Of a DNA stretch of 64,000 nt, positions 28,364 to 39,165 are shown piece after piece. A program made the translations under genes and the position numbers. Each line of letters opens with the position of its first letter. Within the stretch, counting starts at the first letter, position 1. The stretch lies in the NCBI GenBank assembly GCA_965228855.1, contig CBDDIJ010000005.1, forward strand, positions 352,001-416,000, in the 5' to 3' direction. The notes beneath the pieces were generated by a model that did not search any database, had not been told where the DNA came from, and saw only the letters and a list, made by a program, of their open reading frames with translations. The DNA is from Candidatus Obscuribacterales bacterium. Lineage in GTDB: Bacteria > Cyanobacteriota > Vampirovibrionia > Obscuribacterales > Obscuribacteraceae.

Positions 28364-29956
28364 ATGGTTCAACCACATATCGAGTCAACCGCATTCGGCG
28401 GTGGTAACAACGCTCCGGACTTGTCGAACAGCGATCTCTTGAAAAAAGGCACGAATCGAAAATCGACCTCCCACTTTGATGGTGTCCTGAGTAAGGACTT
28501 CGCCAAAGGGGGAAGCGCGAAAGAGGCACTCAGTAAATTCCACGCCTCATCTCTGAGAATCACGGCTACTCAAAATTGCGACGCACACTTACACCCTCGT
28601 TCGGAACTTTCAGTCAACATGATAGAAGCAGTACAAAGTTTTAAATCAGTTCACCTCTCTGAAGCTCGCAGTGAAATGCGCGAACCCCTGCATGGTGGTC
28701 GCCGTTCCAGCGCTGAATCGACCGGCTCGCGCTCGTCCGGGAAAATCGACGCATCACCGAATATGGTGCCAGGCGTAGAACCAATTGTTCGAATCGTTGA
28801 GAACGGAGAATCGAAAAACTCGGCGATGGTCCTCAGCACCGTTGCGCCGGCGACGAAATCCGACGTTCTCTCGTTACGCATGGAACGGGCGTTCGCGGAC
28901 GCCCAGCGACACGCAATGGCGTTTGAGCACCAGCGCATCCAGCGCCAGCTGGAACGAGAAATAACAGATATCGAATGCGGGCGAAAGAGATTCAATTCGC
29001 AGTCACAGAAAGAATTGATTTTAGATCAGTTGAAGCTGAAGAAATCGGCAGTCGACGCAAGCCTGAAAGATAGCGGTCCTCCGCGATACGCTCAAACATT
29101 GAAAAAATTGCATGATGTGACGACTGCGATCGAAACAGTCTGCAAAAATCAACTACATTCTATGACCGGGCTAGTTGCCAGACTCGAAGAAGTGATGGCA
29201 CCGATCGATAATATCTGGAGCGGAATTCCAGGAAAAACGCCGGACCTGGCGCGGCCTGGAACTGCAGGACCCAACGGCGAAGCGATATCGTCTGATGCCA
29301 GACTGACCGAGATACAAAAACACCTTGAGGCGAAGATTAACACCGTCGATGGTGCCCAACTCCAGCGTATAAGTGTTGTTAAGGACAACATTGCCTTCAA
29401 AGAAATCATTAAACTCCACGACGCAGGCGAACTGCCGAAAGATGGCTCTCTTATATTCTTCACGAATGACGGATTGCTTCTTTATCAATCGGAATTGAAA
29501 GTATCGCAACGCTCAACGCAGTCGCGCGCCAAAGATGCTGCATCAGCCGAGCGACATGCAAATAACACACCGGCCTTTATCGATGTAATCAGACTCAGCA
29601 ATGGTCTTGGACCTGAGGGAGCCGGTCTCTGGAGATTCATCGGGCAAGAGACACGTATAATCGGTGCGGCTGTTTTGCGACCGGTCATGAAGGACGGAAA
29701 AGCCGTCGAGTTGCCGGGCGCTCGTAACGGACGCGGTGAGCCCATGGTCAAAAAGGAAGTAGCCCTCACTGTAGGAACAATTCCGCCGGAGGTTTCGTTG
29801 AACATGGCATACGGTCATCTTTTAAACACACTACGCGCCAAGAAATCTGCGATGGAAAAAAGCAACTCAGGCAAGCAAGAATCTTTCGCACCGGATGCGG
29901 TGCCTGGCAGCGCAATGCATATGCAGGCTCAAAGCACGGACTGCGCGGCATCATAA
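28364..29956 (+). CDS. Hypothetical protein
   Basis: 530-aa ORF with low-complexity N-terminus, coiled-coil middle and globular C-terminus. No recognised motif. Confidence 0.7.
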   Translation: MVQPHIESTAFGGGNNAPDLSNSDLLKKGTNRKSTSHFDGVLSKDFAKGGSAKEALSKFHASSLRITATQNCDAHLHPRSELSVNMIEAVQSFKSVHLSEARSEMREPLHGGRRSSAESTGSRSSGKIDASPNMVPGVEPIVRIVENGESKNSAMVLSTVAPATKSDVLSLRMERAFADAQRHAMAFEHQRIQRQLEREITDIECGRKRFNSQSQKELILDQLKLKKSAVDASLKDSGPPRYAQTLKKLHDVTTAIETVCKNQLHSMTGLVARLEEVMAPIDNIWSGIPGKTPDLARPGTAGPNGEAISSDARLTEIQKHLEAKINTVDGAQLQRISVVKDNIAFKEIIKLHDAGELPKDGSLIFFTNDGLLLYQSELKVSQRSTQSRAKDAASAERHANNTPAFIDVIRLSNGLGPEGAGLWRFIGQETRIIGAAVLRPVMKDGKAVELPGARNGRGEPMVKKEVALTVGTIPPEVSLNMAYGHLLNTLRAKKSAMEKSNSGKQESFAPDAVPGSAMHMQAQSTDCAAS

Positions 29957-30129
29957 AAGAGTTTCAATTGTCAACCTGACGGAGGAGACATCGAAAAGTA
30001 ATAATAGGCTTCCGGCTGAAGAGCTGACCTGTGATGGGCAGACAAAAACTCTCTCCGGGACCCGAATACAGCCCAGACAGACTTAACTACTCTACAGGAT
30101 AGATAGAATCGGCAGAGTTGGGCATTTCT

Positions 30130-30161
30130 AAATAAGGAGGAGGAAACTCCTCCTTTTATTT
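30130..30161. terminator. Bidirectional intrinsic terminator between convergent genes
   Basis: aaat-aaggaggag-gaaa-ctcctcctt-ttattt. Confidence 0.8.
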
Positions 30162-30188
30162 GCGAATTTATGCTGGAAGATAGTCGAG

Positions 30189-31289
30189 TTAGTTTGAACC
30201 TGGTGTCGCGCACGCTACAACTAGACGCGGCCTAGGCTCACCTTGTTGCCCGGCGACAGCAGCGGCTGTTTCGTCAAGCCCTTTTAGCGACTCAAACAAC
30301 GCCAGCGAATCTGACGAGATTAACGCCAGGTCGTCGGGAGTAATCGCCTGTTCGGCGTCACTGATCGATTGATTCGGCTGGCAATGGGTCTCAATCATCA
30401 GGCCGTCCGCACCACATGCAATGGCAGCCCTGGACATCGAGCGGATCAAACTTCTTTTGCCGGTTGCATGGCTGGGATCAACAATCACCGGCAATCCTGT
30501 CATAGACTTGAGTAGCGGAACCGCGCTCAAATCAAGCGTATTACGCGTGCGAGTCTCGAAAGTTCTAATCCCGCGCTCGCAAAGAACGACCTGATTATTA
30601 CCTGCCAACATGATGTACTCGACGGCGTGGACGAACTCATCTATAGTCGCCGAAAGTCCGCGTTTCAAAAACACGGGCTTGCCGGCTTTCCCAACTTCCT
30701 TCAGCAACTCGTAGTTGTACATATTGCGAGCACCGATCTGGAGCATATCGACATAATCTAATGCGATCTCGATTTGCTCTGCGGACATTACCTCGCTGAC
30801 TACCGGAAGTCCTGTGGCAATACTGGCTTCTCTCAGATAGCTGAGCGCGTCCTGCCCAAGACCTGGAAACTCATAAGGGCTGGTACGCGGTTTGAATGCA
30901 CCGCCTCGCAGCATCGTAGCTCCAGCCGACTTCACTTTCTGCGCGAGGTCCAAAAGCTGTTCGCGACCTTCGACGGAGCAGGGACCAGCCATAATCACAG
31001 GAGGAGCGCCACCACCGATGGTGAGACTGTTCTGCGTTGAGGTGAGATCAACCGTTCTCAACTCATCAGAAAGGGCCAGGGGAGATGTCGGCGCGGTTCT
31101 CATAACTCTCGCCACACCAGGAATTCTGGTGAACTTATGGGTCGGTACCGCCCGCACGTCACTGTGGACGAAAATCAAAACCTGTTTGGAGGACCGCACC
31201 AATTCCGCTTGCATGCCTAGTTGAACGAGCGCGTCGAGAATGTCAGCGCTTGCTTTTTCGTCGAGACGGTCTTCTAGTACGAGAAACAT
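30189..31289 (-). CDS. aroF: 3-deoxy-7-phosphoheptulonate (DAHP) synthase, type I-beta with N-terminal regulatory domain
   Basis: [45 protein letters not shown]. Confidence 0.95.
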   Translation of the reverse strand: MFLVLEDRLDEKASADILDALVQLGMQAELVRSSKQVLIFVHSDVRAVPTHKFTRIPGVARVMRTAPTSPLALSDELRTVDLTSTQNSLTIGGGAPPVIMAGPCSVEGREQLLDLAQKVKSAGATMLRGGAFKPRTSPYEFPGLGQDALSYLREASIATGLPVVSEVMSAEQIEIALDYVDMLQIGARNMYNYELLKEVGKAGKPVFLKRGLSATIDEFVHAVEYIMLAGNNQVVLCERGIRTFETRTRNTLDLSAVPLLKSMTGLPVIVDPSHATGKRSLIRSMSRAAIACGADGLMIETHCQPNQSISDAEQAITPDDLALISSDSLALFESLKGLDETAAAVAGQQGEPRPRLVVACATPGSN

Positions 31290-31537
31290 GGGTCTTCCTG
31301 TTTGGATCGGGCTTCAAGCTGCCCTACTGGCGTTGATCTTCCCATATTTTGTCAAGAACGGAGGTTAGAGGTAGCTCGTTCAGCCTTCATTAAACCAAGG
31401 TTTTCCGCACCTCGCCCAAGAACACTGATTGGTGCTTAATTTGCCAGCTGCAGTTTCCAAGCTGCTCGGTAAACCTCTGTTAACTGATTGCTCCACAAAA
31501 TGAAGTTGGACTAAGCAAACCGAACGACTATGCGCAG

Positions 31538-32578
31538 GTGTTCAGACCCAATAGAATGTTGATGGCAGCTCACCTCAAATTCATGAACGAATCGCTTTCA
31601 GCCGCTCCACTCATGCCAGTCACACGCAACCTCAAACTGGGGTGCGGCTTTCTGCCTCGCCTGCGCAACCCCCGATGGTGGAGGCTCTGCGCTCAAAGTG
31701 TAATGGAGCTTCAGAAGTACCTCTGTAAGCCGGCAGTAGCGCTCGGTTTTGCCTTCACGACACCCTACGTGGCGTACGATCTCGCCGTAACCATCATTCA
31801 TTCGCACAAAGATGCCTACAGCGGGCTGGCGGATGTATTGCAAACGATCGCCCTTCCCATCATCGGCTACCTCGTTCTAGGTCTACTTTCGCTGGCCGCG
31901 ATGGTCTGGGGGCTCGGCGCTTGCGTTGTAGGCACAACCGCCCTTTGCAAAACTATCCTGACTATAGAACCTGAGGCGATTCCCGGCGACATCACCCTAC
32001 TGAAAGCCTGCCTCCGGACGACTTTGGCAGAAGCGGTTTCCAGCCTCAAACAGCGCAAAGCGTTTTTCTTTGCAGTGTGGGCGATGTATCTTGTTTTCGT
32101 CGCTGTTCCAACCATAATCATGCTGGTAAGCGCAAGTGTAGTCATGCTTGGCATGCCAAAAATCGGAGATTTGAGCTTTGCTATGGTGCAACTGAATGTA
32201 CCAACGGAGATTATGCTCGTGGCTGCAATCGCGCTTGGTCTGTCTATAATCGCGATTTCAAACTATACGCTTGTCTTGATGCCGTATTCATCGATGTCTC
32301 AATTGTCCGGCACACGCGTCGCGGCTAAGGGACTGTTGCTTTCAATTAAGGTGATTCTTGGAATTACAATTTATTCCACAATCGTCTTTTTCCTCTCCAA
32401 TCTTCTGATCGCGCCCGTCGATCTCTTTGTGCTTTTCAACATGGATCTTGGCACGAACGTTGGTATGCGGTACCTTTTATTTGCGTTGAAAGCGATCTGG
32501 CACGCCTTCTTCTTTGCAGTGCTGATGCCAGTCACGATGCTTATTCCCTGCGAGATGATCCGCGGGAACATCGAGTAA
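31538..32578 (+). CDS. Integral membrane protein (start uncertain, possibly 31562 or 31583)
   Basis: About 6 TM helices, co-oriented with cobT. Confidence 0.7.
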   Translation: MFRPNRMLMAAHLKFMNESLSAAPLMPVTRNLKLGCGFLPRLRNPRWWRLCAQSVMELQKYLCKPAVALGFAFTTPYVAYDLAVTIIHSHKDAYSGLADVLQTIALPIIGYLVLGLLSLAAMVWGLGACVVGTTALCKTILTIEPEAIPGDITLLKACLRTTLAEAVSSLKQRKAFFFAVWAMYLVFVAVPTIIMLVSASVVMLGMPKIGDLSFAMVQLNVPTEIMLVAAIALGLSIIAISNYTLVLMPYSSMSQLSGTRVAAKGLLLSIKVILGITIYSTIVFFLSNLLIAPVDLFVLFNMDLGTNVGMRYLLFALKAIWHAFFFAVLMPVTMLIPCEMIRGNIE

Positions 32579-32608
32579 CCCAGTCCGATACTCACGACGG
32601 TTTCGAAA

Positions 32609-33778
32609 ATGGCAGTGCCTTACTCGATCATAAACAGCCCCCAGGGAACGCTTGAGCAGCTGTTCAAGCGCGTTCAAACAGCCAGTTCGCCGCTGTTTTT
32701 AATGTGCGTGGGTGGAACTAAAACAAGCGATCTCGTTGGACTTTCCGGTGCGGGCGCGACGCCGGAAGACCGGAGACAGACGCCAAAATGTGATGCCGAA
32801 GCGCTTGTAAACGGTCTCGCCGGCAGGACTAGTGCACTCCCCGTGTCACCAGAAGGCATAGTATCACCGGTGGTGATATCGGCTGCGTGCTTAAAATCTC
32901 TGTCGATTCCAATCAAAATTGTAGACTGTGGCACCTTCTCCGCGCCTACAGCCGGTGAAGTGATATCGGTGGGCACTCCGCCTGCAAACTGCCTCTCCGA
33001 TGGTCATGCCCAGGAACTCAAGAACGTCGAGCACTTGTTCCAAACAGGTTTGGAACTTGGTGAGCAGTTTGCTCGAACACACGATCTCGTTATTCTCGCC
33101 GAATGCGTACCCGCTGGAACCACCACAGCTTTCGCGGTTCTGACCGGCCTTGGCTATGACGTACACCGAGCGGTTTCAAGCAGCATGCCAAACTTCGATC
33201 ACCAGATGCGGTGGCAGCTTGCAAGTACCGGTCTGACCAAAGCGGGTTTGATGAGCGCAGTCGTAGCCGGCGATCCGGCGGAAACTTTGAAGCGTCTGGA
33301 AAATCCTCTTAAAATCGCCGCCGCCGTTGGCGACCCGATGCAGCCATTTGCCGCCGGTCTGGCACTCGCCGCAAGTAACGGCGCGGCTGTTATCATGGGC
33401 GGGGGAAGTCAAATGCTGACTGTTTACGCTCTGGCTCAGGCATGCACTGCCCGTGGTATCAATCAGACTCGAGACAACATAGGCGTGGTCACAACTTCCT
33501 GGGTAGCGTTCGATAAAAACGCAAAGGTCGGCGAGATCAGCGGCGCCGTCAACGCGCCGTTTGGCTGTTCTATGCTCGATTTCAGCAAATCAATGCACAA
33601 CGGTCTGCGAGCCTACGAAGAAGGTCATGTCAAAGAAGGGGTCGGCGCCGGAGCGTCGATAGTTCTCGCGCATTTGATGCGCAATCTCTCTGAGAGCGAA
33701 TTGATTGCCTCGATAGACGAGACCTACACGCAGATGGTCACTGGTAAAACCATGTCCGAAAGCAGCACTAGCTCATGA
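32609..33778 (+). CDS. cobT: Nicotinate-nucleotide--dimethylbenzimidazole phosphoribosyltransferase, archaeal/cyanobacterial type
   Basis: GLSGAGATPE, SPVVIS, ECVPAGTTTA, GDPMQ, GGSQM, YEEGHVKEGVGAG. Confidence 0.88.
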   Translation: MAVPYSIINSPQGTLEQLFKRVQTASSPLFLMCVGGTKTSDLVGLSGAGATPEDRRQTPKCDAEALVNGLAGRTSALPVSPEGIVSPVVISAACLKSLSIPIKIVDCGTFSAPTAGEVISVGTPPANCLSDGHAQELKNVEHLFQTGLELGEQFARTHDLVILAECVPAGTTTAFAVLTGLGYDVHRAVSSSMPNFDHQMRWQLASTGLTKAGLMSAVVAGDPAETLKRLENPLKIAAAVGDPMQPFAAGLALAASNGAAVIMGGGSQMLTVYALAQACTARGINQTRDNIGVVTTSWVAFDKNAKVGEISGAVNAPFGCSMLDFSKSMHNGLRAYEEGHVKEGVGAGASIVLAHLMRNLSESELIASIDETYTQMVTGKTMSESSTSS

Positions 33779-33821
33779 CGGAGTGGAACGTCCACCTTTC
33801 TCTTAATCGAAAGAACCCGAT

Positions 33822-35276
33822 TTAGATAGCAACTTTGTTGCGCCCTTCTTCCTTCGCTCTCTGCAGAGCGATTTTCGCATCACGCAAAATGGTTTCGGGA
33901 TTCAGATCTTCCATGTTGAAGCTGGCACAACCAACGCTGACAGTAACTTTCGGTCCCTTCTTGCCCTGGAAAAAAGCGACTTGCTCGATGTCCGAGCGGA
34001 CTTTCTCGCCGAGAACTTTAGCACCGGCGCCATCGGTGTTGGGCAACACAACTGCGAATTCGTCACCGCCGTATCTTGCGACCAAATCGCTTGAACGCGT
34101 CACCGCAAGCAGTCGTTTAGCAACGCCAGACAAAACAACATCGCCGATATCCGAACCATACTCCTCATTCATCTTCCCAAGTTCATCGATGTCGATGATT
34201 GCGATGCCGACGGGAAGCCGCTGCCGGAAAGAGAATAGGAGCTGCTGCTGAAGGAATCCAACAAGAAATTCCAGATTGTACAAACCGGTCAATGAGTCGA
34301 CATTGGCGCGATATGCTTCGCGACTATGTAAGGTTTCGATTTCTTGACGAGCAAGCAGAAGTTTGAAAACAGGCTCTATATGCGCCTGTAGTCGGGCCAT
34401 GAACTCTTTCGTTGTCCAATCGTGCTCCTTCTTTTGAAACGAGCCAAAGAAAATGGCGCCGATTCCAGAGCCATCTCCTGGAACAGGAAGTATCTCAAAG
34501 TCCTCAATATCACTACCTTCTTCAGATACTTCGCTTCTGATGTCGACGTGCGGCTGAGAGGTGATTTGCAGCTTAGAAAGAATTTCAGTGAGCACACGTT
34601 CGTACGCTTTTGCAGAAATCGTCCCATTCGCCTTAAGTGATATCCAGGGATTTTCCTGATCTGCGACAACCAGTCCGACAACATCGCCACCGAACAAGCC
34701 ACCGACCGTTTGATGATACGCATCAAGGAATTGGCGCCGCGGTTCGAGCACCTTGCTCAGGTTTCTTACAGTGCAATTGACCAGACGCTCCAACAACAAT
34801 ACTTGCAAAAGGCTTCCCAGGCTCTTGGAGACATCGCCGGCGTCGAACCGCATCTCTGCCGGGAAAAGGTTTCTCGCTTTCTCCGCACTCCATTCAGTCT
34901 CTTTTGCTTTCCCCAGAGCCTTCTCAATTATGGAAGCGAAACCGGCTTCCTTGATTTCGGTACGCGATAGAACATAATCCGCGTGCGACGCTCTGCTCCA
35001 GAAGGAAACTTCCTTGTCGTCGTCTGGAGTCACAATGACAACCGGTAGCGCTGAAGTCTGCTCGTTCAATTTAATCAGAGAACCGAGCTGAAACCCCGCG
35101 ATATCAGGCAGACTGGATTCTGCCACCACCAGGTCGGCACCGTTTGCATTGATTTCGTTCAATGCTTCAAAACCGTTTGGAACTCTGACATGCTGACAGC
35201 CTCTGCCTTGCAGGCTATCGAGGTCGAGCCAGTCAGCATCGTTCGAAACAACAAAGATAATCTTGGAATCCGCCAT
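33822..35276 (-). CDS. Diguanylate cyclase with pseudo-receiver and GAF-like domains
   Basis: DSLTGLYN, DID, RSSD I-site, RYGGDEF. The REC acceptor position reads E (LVVAESSLP). GGAG SD before ATG 35276. Confidence 0.9.
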   Translation of the reverse strand: MADSKIIFVVSNDADWLDLDSLQGRGCQHVRVPNGFEALNEINANGADLVVAESSLPDIAGFQLGSLIKLNEQTSALPVVIVTPDDDKEVSFWSRASHADYVLSRTEIKEAGFASIIEKALGKAKETEWSAEKARNLFPAEMRFDAGDVSKSLGSLLQVLLLERLVNCTVRNLSKVLEPRRQFLDAYHQTVGGLFGGDVVGLVVADQENPWISLKANGTISAKAYERVLTEILSKLQITSQPHVDIRSEVSEEGSDIEDFEILPVPGDGSGIGAIFFGSFQKKEHDWTTKEFMARLQAHIEPVFKLLLARQEIETLHSREAYRANVDSLTGLYNLEFLVGFLQQQLLFSFRQRLPVGIAIIDIDELGKMNEEYGSDIGDVVLSGVAKRLLAVTRSSDLVARYGGDEFAVVLPNTDGAGAKVLGEKVRSDIEQVAFFQGKKGPKVTVSVGCASFNMEDLNPETILRDAKIALQRAKEEGRNKVAI

Positions 35277-35520
35277 CGGTGTCTCCGGAACAGAATGATC
35301 AATTTGCATTTTACAGCTTCTAGAGGCGATAGAGGGCGGATTGAGGATCAAGGCCGAAAACATACGAGGAGAACGTTTACGTTCAAATGCCAAGAGTCAG
35401 TTCACTGCCATTCTAATTAAGATATAAACAGGCCATTGGTGGTGCCGAACCAGATGTTATGATCGAGCGCTAGCTACACCGTTGTAGTGCTTTTCAGCCC
35501 CAGAAGGCGCACGGACACTC

Positions 35521-36699
35521 ATGCAGACAACAACATCATTGAAAGATTCACCATTATCATTTAAGTTGACCGAAGACCAGACTCTGATCAGAGACATGGT
35601 TCGAGAAATTTCTGAAAACGAATTCGCGCCGAAGGCGGCAGAAGTCGACCAGAAGCATAGATTCCCGAGAGAGAACTGGGAACTGCTCGCGGCTTCCGAC
35701 CTTTGCGGTCTTCCGTTTCCCGAAGAATACGGCGGAGCCGGGCTCGACCATCTGACTTACGCACTCGTCGTAGAAGAGCTCGCCAAGGCGTGTGCGACGA
35801 CGTCGGTAATGTATTCGGCTCACGTATCGTTGACGGCGACTCCGGTATACGAGTTCGGCAACGAAGAGCAACGCGAAAGAATTTTAAAACCTATGTGCTC
35901 CGGCGAGAAAATGGGCGCATTTTGTTTGTCTGAACCTGGCACGGGCTCAGACTCAGCCGCCGCAACCTGCATGGCGGAACTGAAAGGCGACACGTTCATT
36001 TTGAACGGGTCGAAAAACTGGATAACGAACGGCATTGAGGCTGATTGGTATCTCGTTATCGCCCAAACAGATTCGTCCAAACGCCACAAAGGTTTGGTCG
36101 CACTGATGGTGGAAAAAGGCTCCGAAGGTTTCACCTTCGGAAAGCTTGAAGACAAGCTCGGCATTCGAGGCTCATCGACGTGCCAGGTGATGTTCGACAA
36201 CACCCCCGTCCCGAAAGCCAATATGCTCGCGGAAATCGGAGACGGTTTCAAAGTCGCGATGTCGACTCTCGATGGTGGAAGAATCGGTATCGCCGCACAG
36301 GCTGTCGGTATTGCGCAGGGCGCCTGGAATCACGCTCTCAAGTATACGAAGGAACGTCAAGCATTCGGCAAGTATATTGGAGAGTTCCAAGCAATCCGGC
36401 ACATGCTTGCGGAAATGCAAACTGAAATAGATGCAGCCAGACTGCTGACTCACCACGCCAGCATTGCGCAAGATCGCGGCGAAAAGTTCTCGAGAGAGGC
36501 AGCTCACGCCAAGCTTTATGCCGCTGAAGTAGCGATGCGAAGCACCGTCAAATGTGTGCAGATTTTCGGTGGATATGGGTATGTAAGTGAATACCCGGTC
36601 GAACGCTACATGCGTGACGCCAAGATCACCGAGATCTACGAGGGTACGTCTGAAATTCAGCGTTTGGTAATAGCAAGCAGTCTACTCAAAGGTAATTAA
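35521..36699 (+). CDS. Acyl-CoA dehydrogenase (short/branched-chain type)
   Basis: PEEYGG, FCLSEPGTGSD, NGSKNWITN, KLGIRGS, GRIGIAAQA, GGYGY, IYEGTSEIQR. Confidence 0.96.
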   Translation: MQTTTSLKDSPLSFKLTEDQTLIRDMVREISENEFAPKAAEVDQKHRFPRENWELLAASDLCGLPFPEEYGGAGLDHLTYALVVEELAKACATTSVMYSAHVSLTATPVYEFGNEEQRERILKPMCSGEKMGAFCLSEPGTGSDSAAATCMAELKGDTFILNGSKNWITNGIEADWYLVIAQTDSSKRHKGLVALMVEKGSEGFTFGKLEDKLGIRGSSTCQVMFDNTPVPKANMLAEIGDGFKVAMSTLDGGRIGIAAQAVGIAQGAWNHALKYTKERQAFGKYIGEFQAIRHMLAEMQTEIDAARLLTHHASIAQDRGEKFSREAAHAKLYAAEVAMRSTVKCVQIFGGYGYVSEYPVERYMRDAKITEIYEGTSEIQRLVIASSLLKGN

Positions 36700-36701
36700 C
36701 T

Positions 36702-37514
36702 ATGAATTGGCAGCCACCACCGCCTCCCCCCAGACCGGGCGGTCCAGGTCCTGGGCAACCAGGAGGTCAGGGCGGACAGGGCGGTATGGGTCAAAGACCA
36801 GGCGGTCCTGGCGTTCAACAACAACAGCAACCGCAACAACCACAACAACAAGCTCCAGGCGAACGTGACTGGAGAGAGTTGAATTACTATCAATTGCTGC
36901 AGGTAAACCGAGAAGCGCATTCGACAATCATTCGATACGCATATCGATTCCTTGCAGCAATGTATCACCCCGACAACTCCGAAACTGGCGACGCTGAGAA
37001 ATTCCGCGTCATCACCGAAGCCTGGCGGACTCTCTCCGACGAGGGTAAGCGCGCTGCATATGATATGTCTCTCGGCGCTGATGAAGCGCAACCTGGTCAC
37101 CCAAGACCGGGTGGTGGAGCTGCTCCTGGCGGTGCACCGAGACAAGGCGGCGGACTCAATATTCCCAAGATCGTCAAAACGGGCGTTTCGTGGGAAGAGA
37201 TCGAACTGAGACTGGCTATTTTGCAGATTCTGCTTGAAGCCCGTCGCAAAAAGCCGAAGAGCGGCGGCGCATCTGCGAAGATGATCATGGACGTTCTGCA
37301 ATTGAACGACGTGGAAGTCGTAGAGTACGCCCTCTGGTATCTTCGCGAGAAGGGTCACATTGAGCCAGGCGAACGTTTGTTCATGATCACGGCAAACGGC
37401 GTGGACTACATTGTGGACCAGCTCAATAAACCGGCAAGTCTGGGCGAAACAGAGACCGAGAAGAAGGTCAAGAAGGTCGTAGAAGGCGGCGTTCCTGCCG
37501 TTATTCCGCGCTAG
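36702..37514 (+). CDS. J-domain (DnaJ-like) protein with P/G/Q-rich N-terminus and winged-helix-like C-terminus
   Basis: NYYQLLQV, AYR.LA..YHPDN, LSD..KRAAYD. Confidence 0.88.
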   Translation: MNWQPPPPPPRPGGPGPGQPGGQGGQGGMGQRPGGPGVQQQQQPQQPQQQAPGERDWRELNYYQLLQVNREAHSTIIRYAYRFLAAMYHPDNSETGDAEKFRVITEAWRTLSDEGKRAAYDMSLGADEAQPGHPRPGGGAAPGGAPRQGGGLNIPKIVKTGVSWEEIELRLAILQILLEARRKKPKSGGASAKMIMDVLQLNDVEVVEYALWYLREKGHIEPGERLFMITANGVDYIVDQLNKPASLGETETEKKVKKVVEGGVPAVIPR

Positions 37515-37540
37515 TTTCGAACTACAAAGTTGAAGAGTTT

Positions 37541-37574
37541 AAACGCGGGCACTGCATACGGTGCTCGCGTTTTT
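37541..37574 (+). terminator. Intrinsic terminator after the acyl-CoA dehydrogenase / J-domain pair
   Basis: aaacgcgggcac-tgcatacg-gtgctcgcgttt, ending in a T run. Confidence 0.7.
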
Positions 37575-37609
37575 CCTTGCCCAACGCGATTCTCGCTCCA
37601 AACCATTGC

Positions 37610-38137
37610 CTATTCCTGCGGTCTTCCGATCGGCTTCCACTCGCCGCCCAGATAGCCAATCGCACAATACATCATATGCCGAGCTTCGTCTTCACGGTGC
37701 AACTCAGTCAACAACTCCGCATACTCGCTCAGGACCTCGACGGTAAAACTGTCCGAGGGTCCGTAAACCTTGGTGTGAATTTCCAGAGAGAGTTTGAATT
37801 TCTCCTCCGCCTCAGCTGGCAAACCGTATGCCCTGTAAGTTTTCGCTAATCGAAACGAAATTCGCGCGCAGTTCTCACAATACTTCGTTTCCTTGCGCTC
37901 GTGAAGTTCGTAAGATCGATCAAGCCAGGGAATAACGTCCCAGTCCTTCTTTTGCATTATCATCGCGCGGCAGACGCCGTTAATCGTTCGCAGATAACGC
38001 TCATCTTCTTCGCCAAGCTGCTCAGCCAGCGGCAACGCCGCACGCCATAGTTCTTCTGCGCGTTCGTAGAGATTCTTGGAGAATGCGCTATCAGCAGAGC
38101 GATTCAATCCCCACCATTCGTCACTGACCTGACCCAC
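37610..38137 (-). CDS. Tetratricopeptide repeat protein
   Basis: LAKTYRAYG...EAEEKFKLSLEIHTKVYG, YAELL..LHR.DEA. Confidence 0.8.
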   Translation of the reverse strand: MGQVSDEWWGLNRSADSAFSKNLYERAEELWRAALPLAEQLGEEDERYLRTINGVCRAMIMQKKDWDVIPWLDRSYELHERKETKYCENCARISFRLAKTYRAYGLPAEAEEKFKLSLEIHTKVYGPSDSFTVEVLSEYAELLTELHREDEARHMMYCAIGYLGGEWKPIGRPQE

Positions 38138-38363
38138 AAATCGGACCTCTGTGAAACGTCAACCGCTCATGCAAACCTTATTCCCGCGCTATCTATATTA
38201 GACACCAATTTCACCGCGAAACGGCATCTCAACACAAAAATCTAGAGAAGCTGTTTACCGTCACGGGAAACTGATACGCCCGCCTTATCCTTACATTACT
38301 CGGACCAGAAGCCTTCGCGGCGGTTATTCGCGTCTCATCGCTCACTGTATCAGGTGCCTTCAA

Positions 38364-39017
38364 ATGAGTAAAATTGCCACAATTCTTCAGCCGCGCGCGC
38401 TGCCAGCGTCACCGGAGAATGTTCTTTTCTCCAACATGGCTTCTGATGCTTCCGGTGCGCAGAAGTTCAATGCGCTCCTAAAATCCTGGCAGAACAGTGG
38501 CTCGTTTCCTATCGTTGAAAGCCTGGAAAACGTTGACACGCAGACGGGGATGCCGGGTGCACAGATCGCCACTACCCCTGGTGCCGTTGAAACTGCGCCC
38601 ACAAAATATTTGCTGGATAAACTCAACCAGTCCGTCGAAGCCGGCAAGACCAGCTGCGTCGAGCAGGTACTTCAGTTGATCAACGGTCGGTCAAAAACCG
38701 CAATCGCAATTTTAATCGAATTTAAAACGGCATTGACCAATCGCTCAGAAACACCTGTAAAAGTCGATTGGGAAACTGGAACAGATTCGTCGGGTAAAAC
38801 CTTTGTGCGTTTAAACCTTGTGGCAATGAACGACTTGAACAAGGGCTCGGGCGCAACTAAGCTCGTAATAGGTAGCGATGGCACCACATACGCCACCTTC
38901 AAGGAACGCTGGAACTGCCCGCCCATCTATATTTCCCCGGATGATGCCCTGGCTAAATTTGGAAGCGGAAAAAGCCAGAATCGAAGGTGGTCCACCTCGA
39001 CCGGCCTTCGAATCTGA
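38364..39017 (+). CDS. Hypothetical protein
   Basis: 217-aa ORF with AGGTG SD-like sequence. No motif recognised. Confidence 0.65.
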   Translation: MSKIATILQPRALPASPENVLFSNMASDASGAQKFNALLKSWQNSGSFPIVESLENVDTQTGMPGAQIATTPGAVETAPTKYLLDKLNQSVEAGKTSCVEQVLQLINGRSKTAIAILIEFKTALTNRSETPVKVDWETGTDSSGKTFVRLNLVAMNDLNKGSGATKLVIGSDGTTYATFKERWNCPPIYISPDDALAKFGSGKSQNRRWSTSTGLRI

Positions 39018-39033
39018 TATCGAATATGGTGCC

Positions 39034-39165
39034 TCAAAGGTTCGCCTTAGATTCCATGCCTGGCAAACCCTGACGGAGGTCCATCTCTTTATTGAATTTG
39101 TTCACGAACTGCTCTAAACATTGCCGTTTCCTCGGCTCTGCGACTGGGGTGGTCGCTTTCTCCAT
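39034..39165 (-). CDS. Possible 43-aa small protein (MEKATTPVAEPRKRQCLEQFVNKFNKEMDLRQGLPGMESKANL)
   Basis: Read manually, below the ORF-track cutoff. GGTGA lies 5 nt before ATG, and the ORF fills the gap downstream of the 63-aa ORF. Confidence 0.35.
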   Translation of the reverse strand: MEKATTPVAEPRKRQCLEQFVNKFNKEMDLRQGLPGMESKANL

